A program made the translations under genes and the position numbers. A DNA stretch of 64,000 bases from Bacteroidales bacterium (GTDB taxonomy: Bacteria; Bacteroidota; Bacteroidia; Bacteroidales; FEN-979). The stretch is taken from positions 4,226-68,225 of the forward strand of contig JAUXWT010000085.1 in NCBI GenBank assembly GCA_030681475.1, in the 5' to 3' direction. Shown piece after piece: positions 56,602-64,000 of this stretch. Under the pieces are notes generated by a model. That model saw only the letters and a list, made by a program, of their open reading frames with translations, was not told the DNA's origin and ran no database searches. Every line of letters begins with the position of its first letter. Positions within the stretch are counted from its first letter, which is position 1.

Positions 56602-57975
56602 TTAACTTCTTCTTGCAAACATGGCCCCGCCGAGGGCGCCCATGAATATTGAATCGGTATGTACATTGATTTTTATATCTTTTCCGTAGTTCTGAAGCAC
56701 CAATTCTGAAACATACTTCAGTACTGCCTGGTTCCGGGCCACACCCCCGGTAAATGTGAATTCGTTGCGAACCCCGCCCGAACGCGCAAGCAGCGACATG
56801 GCACGCATAACGATGGCACGGTGCAGCCCGGCGAGAATGTCACTCCGTTTTTGTCCGACATTAAGCAATTCCCTGATCTCCGCTGCCGCAAACACGGTGC
56901 AGGTGGAACAGATGTTTACCTCATTGGTTGCTTCAACAGCCAATGGACCGAGTTCATTCAAAGAGATGTTGAATTCATCAGCGATATATCCGAGGTATCT
57001 TCCGCAACCGGCAGCGCAACGGTCGTTCATATAAAAACTTGTTACAAGTCCATGACTGTCGGCCTGGATGGCCTTGGTGTCCTGCCCCCCGATGTCGAGT
57101 ACCGTCCGTGTTCCCGGAAAAACAGCATGTGCCCCGAAAGCGTGGCAAAGGATCTCCGACCGGATCGATTTTTCGGGGAAAGGCAGCAATGCCCTGCCAT
57201 ATCCCGTACCTACCATATTGGTGATGTGAATGTCGAGGTTCGCTATAAAAGTAATGTGACCTTTCAGGGAGTCGTAGATTTGCTTGTAATTGCCTTTCAG
57301 GAGGTTCATCTCACTGTCGAAACCCACACCTGTTTCATCGGGTGTGAAATCATCCATAAAGGCATATTTTTCATTCAGCAGCTCCATCGACTGGTGAACC
57401 AACTCCCTGAAATCATATTCGGTCAGCTCATTTTCCACATGGGTGATGCTCTTGTCATAAACAAGCATCATGGACTCAAAAAAAGCGCCCGGAAGTGCAT
57501 TAACCTCTTTATTATATTTTTCGCTTACAATATCCCGGAAGAACTGATTCTTCTGGCCCAGGTTCCCGTTCAGGTATTCATCCAGGATAACAGGCCCGAT
57601 CTCCCTGACGATCCGGTCAACAAACCCGGAGATCTTCTCTTTCTTTTCATCCCTGAAGGTTTCTTCAATCGTATCCCGGAACTGCACATTCAACCGGTCG
57701 AGCCTTCGTTTGAACTGGAGGTACTGGAAAACCGATTCAACGTCTTTGATGTACCTTTTATATTCCGGTTTGTGTTCAATCTCATCCTCCAGCTTCATTT
57801 TCAGCAGGGAGAACCTGGCATTGTAAATGGCTTCAAGACGTGCAATTTCGGTTGCAACGGTATAGTTCGCCCTGGTATTTGTTATCCCCCGCCCGATGAT
57901 ACGATCATTATCATCAATGATGATCGCTTTGGATGTAGTTGACCCAAGGTCTATTCCCAGAAAATATTTTTTCAT
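56602..57975 (-). CDS. bcrA: Benzoyl-CoA reductase (class I) ATPase subunit A-like (BcrA/BadF)
   Basis: 457-aa ASKHA ATPase with a roughly 190-aa insertion between GIDLGSTTSKA (residues 7-17) and GTGYGR (residues 256-261). It also has DIGGQDTK, NDRCAAGCGRY and CSTCTVFAAAE. Confidence 0.75.
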   Translation of the reverse strand: MKKYFLGIDLGSTTSKAIIIDDNDRIIGRGITNTRANYTVATEIARLEAIYNARFSLLKMKLEDEIEHKPEYKRYIKDVESVFQYLQFKRRLDRLNVQFRDTIEETFRDEKKEKISGFVDRIVREIGPVILDEYLNGNLGQKNQFFRDIVSEKYNKEVNALPGAFFESMMLVYDKSITHVENELTEYDFRELVHQSMELLNEKYAFMDDFTPDETGVGFDSEMNLLKGNYKQIYDSLKGHITFIANLDIHITNMVGTGYGRALLPFPEKSIRSEILCHAFGAHAVFPGTRTVLDIGGQDTKAIQADSHGLVTSFYMNDRCAAGCGRYLGYIADEFNISLNELGPLAVEATNEVNICSTCTVFAAAEIRELLNVGQKRSDILAGLHRAIVMRAMSLLARSGGVRNEFTFTGGVARNQAVLKYVSELVLQNYGKDIKINVHTDSIFMGALGGAMFARRS

Positions 57976-58043
57976 TGATGACCCAATTAATTATACCAAT
58001 TCTGCTCCTATAGCAGGTATCCGACAATATCTCAATTGCAGTT

Positions 58044-59327
58044 TTACGGCCGGTTCAGGATCATCTTCCGCTGTTCAAGCATCTGGAAAAATGATTCAAG
58101 CCGGTTTTTGATATTCGAATAGGAGAAATACCTCGGATCGACCAGGTCGGATTCGATGAACCCTGTCGGAATTTCGAGTTTTCGCTCCAGTTGTTGCATC
58201 ATCATTAATTGTCCTGCAGAGAATGAGTTACAACTCTTGATTGAATTGACCAGAAAGCCATCAGCGTGGTAGTCGGTGATGCATTTCGACAGCAGATCGA
58301 CCCGTTGTTGAAGATTGAGGTTGGTATAACAGTTCATGCAGTATTCTGCCAGGCTTTCAAGAGGTTTATCGGGATTGACACGGAATCCCATATCGTAAAC
58401 TCCACCCACTTTTGTGTAAGAGGAGGCAACGATTACGGCGCCCATGTCATAAAAAAGTTTCCAGAATTCACGGAAATGCGTCCAATTGGGAGGACCTTCG
58501 ACTACGAGGCGGAACCGCTCCTCTTCCATCTCTCCTTCGGGAGTGATCGGGCCAAGTTTTTTTTCGATACGGGTAAGAATTTCTTTGTAGAGTTCAGCAT
58601 AATAATCCACGGCTTCAGGAGTTCCCCGGAAGCCGCTGTTGATGGGCCCGATGTAATAAACACCGGCAAAATAGGCATCGATGGGAGAGGGACGGTGTTT
58701 GGTGGTGTCGAAGATCTTTACGATATAGTCTTCCACCTTCGAGGAGTTCCGGAGAATGGATTTTAGTTTTTCTTCATCATACTTGTTCCCCGATACCTGT
58801 TCCATTTTCGGGATTACCTCCTCCTTTAATTGCTTGACCATATAGGCCGTCATTTCGGGAGTGATCTTATGGGCCTCCTGGTAAGGCGTGTGGAGCAGCG
58901 CAACCGGTACGCCCGGATAGAGGCGCTCAAGGGTCTCAAACCATTTCAGGAAAGTAAAACAACCGGTATAGCTCAACAGCAGCAGATCAGGGTTGGGGAT
59001 CTTTTCGCCGGTTGGTCCGATGTTCCCGTTGAGCATCATGCCGACATCACATTTCACATAAGTACATACGTCCTCGGAATGTCCATGCTGTTCAGCTTCG
59101 CGGATATACCCTTCGGATTTCTTACGCATACCCGACTGCAATGCATTGAGTTCGGGGTAAACCGGGAGCATGTCGAAGGAGAGGATCAGCTCAGAGATGT
59201 TGCCGGGAACAAAGGTATAAACCACTTTCTTCCCGGTCTCTTTTACAGTGCCAAGCTCCTTGAAAAGACTGGCGATCATCTCTTTCTGGATGATTACACT
59301 TCGTTCTTTAGCTGCTTCTTTTGACAT
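58044..59327 (-). CDS. bcrB: Benzoyl-CoA reductase (class I) subunit B-like (BcrB/BadE; dehydratase-fold)
   Basis: 427 aa, 2-hydroxyacyl-CoA dehydratase/BcrB fold (FVPGNISE, EDVCTYVKCD, YTGCFTF, IKSCNSFS). Confidence 0.75.
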   Translation of the reverse strand: MSKEAAKERSVIIQKEMIASLFKELGTVKETGKKVVYTFVPGNISELILSFDMLPVYPELNALQSGMRKKSEGYIREAEQHGHSEDVCTYVKCDVGMMLNGNIGPTGEKIPNPDLLLLSYTGCFTFLKWFETLERLYPGVPVALLHTPYQEAHKITPEMTAYMVKQLKEEVIPKMEQVSGNKYDEEKLKSILRNSSKVEDYIVKIFDTTKHRPSPIDAYFAGVYYIGPINSGFRGTPEAVDYYAELYKEILTRIEKKLGPITPEGEMEEERFRLVVEGPPNWTHFREFWKLFYDMGAVIVASSYTKVGGVYDMGFRVNPDKPLESLAEYCMNCYTNLNLQQRVDLLSKCITDYHADGFLVNSIKSCNSFSAGQLMMMQQLERKLEIPTGFIESDLVDPRYFSYSNIKNRLESFFQMLEQRKMILNRP

Positions 59328-59349
59328 TAGCCACTCTTTTCAGCAAGAT

Positions 59350-60543
59350 TTATAAACTAAATGCGGGAACCGGTTCGTCCCAGAGCTTTATCGAATCAGA
59401 GAAGGTTCCCACCTGTTCCTTGATCACCTTGAACTGGCCCGTATTTTCGCTGTACAGAAAACTGATGAACCGGATGTTCTTATCATTGCACTCCTTCTGC
59501 AGGATGGGGTGATCAAGCAGAGCCGGGTCACAGAAACTGGGAGCAGCAAAAATGACCCCGTCAACTTTCCTGTATCGGATCAGGTTGAGCAGGCGCACCT
59601 CTTTTGGATTGCCGACATCAAAAACCGAAGAGGAGAAGGTGCTTTTTTCCAGATATGCACTGGTGACAGACTCAAGTGGGTCGTTGCTGTTCGTCTCTAT
59701 ATCTCCCTGTATCCATCGGGCACCCAGCAGGAAATCGTCCTCGACAATATAGCAGCCCGCCAGCTCAATGGTCCGGATAAGACCAACCGGAGGCTGTTCG
59801 CAAAATGCGCCGATCACAAGCACACGGATCTTGTCCATCGGGTCTCCTGACTCCTGACTGATCAACCGGACGACATTTGTAAGAATTTCGTTGTGTTCCT
59901 CCACCGGAAGAACATATCCTGCGCGAACAATATGGTAAAGATCCGCGGCAGTCATTCTCCATGGAAACTCCTGACGGATATTATAAAGCTGGCTGATAAG
60001 ACTCCGGTTGATATTGAACAGACTTATCGAATGGTTGAGTCTTTCGGTGGTCACTTCTACACCGTTCAGTTTATAAACCTCATCCAGAACGGTCTGAAGT
60101 TCATGCCGGTAAAAAGTCCCGCCGATATCGGGTTTGAAATTCTGCGGGAAGTCGAGATATTTGACAAATTTACCTTCGCCCATGATCTGAAACATGCCGG
60201 AAAGGTTTCGTATAACATCACAGATGGATGGAAAAATAAAACCATCGAAACCCTCGAAATGTTTATCAATTGCGAGTTCGATGATACTCCTGGGCATGTG
60301 GCAGATATAGGACTGGTAATAGGCATCGCCCCTGATGATGAGTTTTTTATCCCCGCCCCCGAGGATCCCCACTGCCAATCCGTTGGCCGCATGGATGATC
60401 TCCCGTGGAAAATAGATGGGCAGGTGACCAACGATGATCCGGCCTTCCCCCTGTGACTTCCACTCCCTTGCTCTTGTAAAGGAAAGATCAAAAGCCAGTT
60501 CTTCACATCGGGCGACTATTTCTTTCAGGTTGTTCAGATGCAT
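59350..60543 (-). CDS. bcrC: Benzoyl-CoA reductase (class I) subunit C-like (BcrC/BadD; dehydratase-fold)
   Basis: 397 aa of the same fold (GHLPIYFPREI, SYICHMPR, PSICDVIRN, APSFCDP). First gene of the set. Confidence 0.75.
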   Translation of the reverse strand: MHLNNLKEIVARCEELAFDLSFTRAREWKSQGEGRIIVGHLPIYFPREIIHAANGLAVGILGGGDKKLIIRGDAYYQSYICHMPRSIIELAIDKHFEGFDGFIFPSICDVIRNLSGMFQIMGEGKFVKYLDFPQNFKPDIGGTFYRHELQTVLDEVYKLNGVEVTTERLNHSISLFNINRSLISQLYNIRQEFPWRMTAADLYHIVRAGYVLPVEEHNEILTNVVRLISQESGDPMDKIRVLVIGAFCEQPPVGLIRTIELAGCYIVEDDFLLGARWIQGDIETNSNDPLESVTSAYLEKSTFSSSVFDVGNPKEVRLLNLIRYRKVDGVIFAAPSFCDPALLDHPILQKECNDKNIRFISFLYSENTGQFKVIKEQVGTFSDSIKLWDEPVPAFSL

Positions 60544-60568
60544 TAGGATTTATTGCTTATGCAGGCTT

Positions 60569-60576
60569 CAAAAGTA
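60569..60576 (-). promoter_or_regulatory. Candidate -7 box TACTTTTG (minus strand) for bcrC
   Basis: The plus strand reads CAAAAGTA. The box is about 25 nt upstream of the bcrC ATG (60543) and matches TAnnTTTG. Confidence 0.4.
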
Positions 60577-60749
60577 TAAAAAATTTGAAGAACTCATACA
60601 TAAATACATTCATTGATATGAGTTTTTAGGTTCTTTATAAAAATGAATTGGTAAATTTACAACACAGCAAAGAAATTATTTGTGCCCGGTTCAGCATTCG
60701 CGGCCAGCAGGTTGGAGAAAAAAAGACATTACTCCATTTTTAATGTAGA

Positions 60750-60783
60750 TTTGCACATATGTAAATATAAAATTTTACTTTTG
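60750..60783 (+). promoter_or_regulatory. Candidate bamB promoter: TTTG (-33-like, 60750-60753) and TACTTTTG (-7, 60776-60783)
   Basis: The octamer is the same as on the bcrC side. The spacer is 22 nt. The -7 box lies 63 nt upstream of the ATG at 60846. The palindrome ACATATGT (60755-60762) sits in the spacer. Confidence 0.4.
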
Positions 60784-60845
60784 TTTTAAATACAGGCAGT
60801 CCCGGAATTCAATATGTGGATCCGGGGAACAACAAAAGAAAAAAA

Positions 60846-62879
60846 ATGAGATACGCTGAGACAGGGTTTAATTTAGAAATAGATCTGACCCGCAGAAGCA
60901 TAGAGCGGGTTGCGACCGACCCGGTTGATACCGAACTTTATCTGGGCGGATTAGGTACGAGTGCCAAAATACTATGGGACAGGGTTCCACCTGAAGTTGA
61001 ACCCTTTTCTCCTGAAAACCTGCTGATATTTTCCACCGGCCTTTTATGTGGCACACCTGCTCCCGGTTGCAACCGTACCATTGTCTCCACCATCTCTCCC
61101 CAGACCAGGTTAATGGCGTTTTCAATGATGGGGGGCTTCTGGGCGCCGGAATTGAAGCATGCCGGTTATGACAAAGTGATCCTCAGGGGCAGGAGCCCCG
61201 GACTGGTTTATCTGTGGATAAACAATGACAAGGTTGAAATTCGTGACGCCGCTCATCTGAAGGGTAAAGGCGCAATTGAAACGGAAGAACTCATCCGCCG
61301 GGAGTTGAATGAGCCGAAAGCCCAGGTGGCTGCCATCGGCCTGGCCGGAGAAAACAGGGTTTATTTTGCATCGATCGAACAGGGCAGGTCGAGCGCCAGT
61401 CGGGGAGGCATAGGCGCCGTTATGGGAGACAAAGGGGTGAAGGCGATCGCGGTGCGCGGAAAAGGTGACATCAACATGGCCCGGCCGGAGGAATTTATGG
61501 AACTTTGCAACGGGGTGCTGAAATATATAAAACTCAGGGAAGACAACCCGATCCCGGGCGTAATGCCCATCCTGGCCGGCCTCGGATCTCCGCAGGAGAT
61601 GAAGGTCCATGACGAGAAATGGCATACGGAGAACTTCATGTGGGGAAATTCCCGGACGAGGCGAAAGGATTTCTGGAACGAGGAAATTGAAAAGAACTGG
61701 AGGGCTACGCTGGAAAACGCGAGGATAAGGCTCATCAGTTGCTATAACTGCCCGATGAAATGTGCGGCAACCCTTTCCGTACCAGGATTTCCGACTTACA
61801 TGATGAAATGTTTTTCGAAGCTGACCTATACCATGGCAGCCTATTCCGACCTGGATTTTGGCTTGAAAATTGCCCAGATGGCTACGGATTACGGGGTGGA
61901 TGCATTCTCCACCCCGCAGGTCATGGCCTTCGCCCTTGAGCTGTTAGAAGCCGGGATCCTGACCGGTAAAGACTTCCCGGACATACCTGCCGATAGCGAA
62001 GGGAGATTTTTCTGGCTGCTCGACAGGATTGTGAGAAGGGAAGGGATCGGGGATGTCCTGGCCAATGGCACCTATTGGGCGGCACGGCAGATCGGGAACG
62101 GTGCAGAGGAATTTGCGCATAACAACATCAAAAAACACGAACAGCTTCCGCTCAAGCTTTCCATGCTGAACCCGATCTATTTCCTCATGTATGCCACCGG
62201 GGAGAAGATCAACATAACCCAGATCGAAGGGCAGTTCCCCCAGGCGCCTTTTTTGACGATGGAGGAACGGGAAGAGTTTGTTAAGGATTGGGTCCAGGTC
62301 CCTGATGAAAAGTTCAAGCAATATCTCCTTGACTGGGAGCCGCGCGGAGAAAAGTCCATGCCCTTTTACCCGACCGTTGAAATGTGCTGCGATATCGTCG
62401 ACTGGCAGGAGCGGATGCACTATATCGATGACGCCCTGGGGATGTGCTCCGGGTTGTCTTCCTTCCCCCTGAAACCCCCGTATCACATACACAATTACCC
62501 GAAATTCATCTCCTCAGGCGCCGGGATCGAAATGGACGAAGCCCGTCTGACGCAGGCAGCAAAAAGATACCGGACCCTGGTCAGGGCAATTAACATCAGC
62601 AGGGGCATGAGGAGGGCGGATGAGAAACCCCCGGAAAACCACTGGAAGAAAAGATTTCCGGAACTTGAGAAGGAGCTGCTCGACACCTATTATAAGTTCA
62701 AAGGGTGGAACGATGACGGTATCCCGACGAAAGAGTCCCTGCACGAACTGGGGCTGGATTACGTCAGCGAGGAATTTCTGCGGCGGGGGATCCTGTCCGA
62801 TAGTGACAATGGTTCTGCTGAAGGAACTTCCGTAACACGTCAGGAAACTAAAGTGGAGGATCCGCACCATGAAGGTTGA
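60846..62879 (+). CDS. bamB: Class II benzoyl-CoA reductase, tungsten-pterin active-site subunit BamB (aldehyde:ferredoxin oxidoreductase family)
   Basis: The start is set at the ATG 60846 (MRYAETGF...). The N-terminal 200 aa (VATDP.DTELYLGGLGT.AKILWDRVPPEVEPFSPENLLIF..GLLCGTPA.GCNRTIVST.SPQT.LMAFSMMGGFWAPELK) match my recollection of Geobacter BamB closely. The AOR [4Fe-4S] motif CYNCPMKC is present. Confidence 0.85.
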   Translation: MRYAETGFNLEIDLTRRSIERVATDPVDTELYLGGLGTSAKILWDRVPPEVEPFSPENLLIFSTGLLCGTPAPGCNRTIVSTISPQTRLMAFSMMGGFWAPELKHAGYDKVILRGRSPGLVYLWINNDKVEIRDAAHLKGKGAIETEELIRRELNEPKAQVAAIGLAGENRVYFASIEQGRSSASRGGIGAVMGDKGVKAIAVRGKGDINMARPEEFMELCNGVLKYIKLREDNPIPGVMPILAGLGSPQEMKVHDEKWHTENFMWGNSRTRRKDFWNEEIEKNWRATLENARIRLISCYNCPMKCAATLSVPGFPTYMMKCFSKLTYTMAAYSDLDFGLKIAQMATDYGVDAFSTPQVMAFALELLEAGILTGKDFPDIPADSEGRFFWLLDRIVRREGIGDVLANGTYWAARQIGNGAEEFAHNNIKKHEQLPLKLSMLNPIYFLMYATGEKINITQIEGQFPQAPFLTMEEREEFVKDWVQVPDEKFKQYLLDWEPRGEKSMPFYPTVEMCCDIVDWQERMHYIDDALGMCSGLSSFPLKPPYHIHNYPKFISSGAGIEMDEARLTQAAKRYRTLVRAINISRGMRRADEKPPENHWKKRFPELEKELLDTYYKFKGWNDDGIPTKESLHELGLDYVSEEFLRRGILSDSDNGSAEGTSVTRQETKVEDPHHEG

Positions 62880-63420
62880 AAAGAGAAAGAAAACCATCAA
62901 GACCATCAGGATCGATGTGGATAAATGCATCGGGTGCATGGCCTGTGAAGTGATCTGTTCCGCTTTTCATGCCACGCCAAAATACAGCAGCAACAACCCG
63001 GCACGGTCACGCATCCGCGTGATCCGCGACCCGATCGCGGATATTTTTGTTCCTGTTTATGCCGGGGAATACGCAGTTGCCGAGTGCGCCGGCAGGGATA
63101 AATATACGATTGACGGAAAGGAATACGACGAGTGTGCCTTCTGCCGGGCTTCCTGCCCGTCGAGAGACCTGTTCAAAGAACCTGATTCCGGTCTTCCGCT
63201 GAAATGCGACATGTGCGAAAGTGATCCCCCGCAGGAAAAACCCCTGTGTGTGCAGTGGTGCCTGAATGAAGCCCTGATCTACGAAGTGAGGGAGGAGGAA
63301 GCTGAAGAGGATGGAAAGATTGAAGACCTGGAGACGGGCCTGGAATCACTGGCAAACAAATACGGATTGAATAAAATCATGGATATCGTGACCCGGATGT
63401 CTGTGTCAAAGAAGGGTTAG
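62869..63420 (+). CDS. bamC: Class II benzoyl-CoA reductase Fe-S subunit BamC
   Basis: 183 aa. Cys clusters CIGCMACEVIC, CAFCRASCP and CDMCES...PLCVQWC. It has an 11-nt overlap with bamB. Confidence 0.8.
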   Translation: MKVEKRKKTIKTIRIDVDKCIGCMACEVICSAFHATPKYSSNNPARSRIRVIRDPIADIFVPVYAGEYAVAECAGRDKYTIDGKEYDECAFCRASCPSRDLFKEPDSGLPLKCDMCESDPPQEKPLCVQWCLNEALIYEVREEEAEEDGKIEDLETGLESLANKYGLNKIMDIVTRMSVSKKG

Positions 63421-63456
63421 ATCAGTTTTGCCCGTTGGAATTTGGAACCTGGTATA

Positions 63457-64000
63457 ATGGAGAATATAGCCGATTACATAGAGATCGCCGGAATCATCAA
63501 GGAAAAGGGCGGGGATAATTTCAAATATTGCTACCAGTGCGGGAAATGCGATGTCGTTTGCCCGTGGAACAAGGTCCGGCATTTTAGCATGCGGAAACTG
63601 GTCAGGGAGGCCTCTTTCGGCATGTCTGAAATAGAAGGTGATGACATCTGGCGCTGCACCACCTGCGGGAAATGCACCATGGCCTGTCCCAGGGATGTAA
63701 AACAGGTGGAAGCGGGAATTGCGTTGCGCAGGATTGCAACGGAATACGGCATCTTTTCAGGGACCGCCAATCCCGTACGTGCTGTAAGATCAGGCCTCCA
63801 GGGTGAAGGCAACCCTTTTTCCGAAGACCGGAGCAAGCGGGGGGACTGGGCGGAGGGTCTTTCCGTGAAGCCGTTCACGGGGGACATGGAAATTCTGTAT
63901 TACCCGGGTTGTTACCTGAGTTATGACCCGAGATTAAAAAAGGTTGCCGTTGCAACAGTCAGCATCCTTAACAAAGCTGGCGTGAATTTCGGGATACTGG
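63457..64000 (+). CDS. bamD: HdrD-like Fe-S protein BamD, 5' part (runs off the right edge)
   Basis: Hand translation from the ATG at 63457 is open to the window end: MENIADYIEIAG...CYQCGKCDVVCP...CTTCGKCTMACP...ILYYPGCYLSYD. That gives two 4Fe-4S motifs plus the start of a CCG domain. It is not in the ORF track because it has no stop in the window. Confidence 0.75.
   Translation, partial: MENIADYIEIAGIIKEKGGDNFKYCYQCGKCDVVCPWNKVRHFSMRKLVREASFGMSEIEGDDIWRCTTCGKCTMACPRDVKQVEAGIALRRIATEYGIFSGTANPVRAVRSGLQGEGNPFSEDRSKRGDWAEGLSVKPFTGDMEILYYPGCYLSYDPRLKKVAVATVSILNKAGVNFGIL

Noticed and set aside
56821-57942. 373-aa plus-strand ORF opposite bcrA
   Set aside because: It lies entirely antisense to a gene with clear family motifs and has no recognisable domain. 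It looks like a typical long shadow ORF. The same applies to 58266-58766, 58830-59324 and 59893-60456 (opposite bcrB/bcrC), and to 61122-61735 and 61944-62492 (opposite bamB).
55780-60543. Alternative reading of the four-gene set as a 2-hydroxyacyl-CoA dehydratase with activator
   Set aside because: Dehydratase systems have one activator gene (a homodimer). Here there are two distinct ATPase genes, one with the large BcrA-type insertion, in C-B-A-D order and next to had/oah/dch. This alternative is not fully excluded without a phylogeny.
1-64000. tRNA, rRNA, tmRNA and riboswitch candidates
   Set aside because: Scanning by eye found no cloverleaf-compatible segments (for example GGTTCGAATCC-type T-arms outside coding regions) and no rRNA-like stretches. 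Intergenic space is small except at the repeats described above.

Overview
This 64-kb chromosomal window looks like a Bacteroidota-type genome. Supporting signs are a T9SS-sorted cargo gene, a PstS-like/TPR/ExbB/ExbD/ExbD/TonB cluster, TAnnTTTG -7 boxes in front of several operons, and an 11-subunit complex I without NuoEFG. No tRNA, rRNA or CRISPR array was recognised.

Left part (1-11.3 kb): a patchy accessory region. It holds an AbiEi/AbiEii toxin-antitoxin pair with palindromic operator candidates, and a convergent ferritin / DUF3109 gene pair, each preceded by a 9-bp tandem array. It also holds an IS200/IS605-type (RayT-like) Y1 transposase followed by a 760-bp stack of REP-like hairpin modules and two transposase 3' remnants. 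Several small DUF-type genes and a disrupted T9SS cargo gene complete it.

Middle (11.5-37.6 kb): a CzcA-type RND pump fused in frame to a TolC-like outer-membrane factor, plus its adaptor. Next comes a tightly packed GNAT / M20 amidohydrolase / alanine racemase / Orr-like racemase operon. Then nuoABCDHIJKLMN, and the TonB energising cluster.

Right part (37.7-64 kb), the most interesting region: about 20 co-directional minus-strand genes appear to encode a complete anaerobic benzoyl-CoA degradation route.
- bcrCBAD-order class I benzoyl-CoA reductase
- ADP-forming acyl-CoA synthetase and a PanE-like reductase
- had, oah, dch
- an orphan dehydratase/double-cubane-like protein with its own activase
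- thiolase, a hydroxyacyl-CoA dehydrogenase/hydratase fusion, and glutaryl-CoA dehydrogenase
- an XDH-family molybdoenzyme and an SDR

This array faces a divergently transcribed class II tungsten benzoyl-CoA reductase set (bamB, bamC, bamD), which runs off the right edge.

Two dispersed repeat families sit inside operons: G/C-tract palindromes with G-quadruplex potential, and a 130-155 bp element with terminal inverted repeats.

All functional calls come from motif and family recognition by eye. No database search was run.
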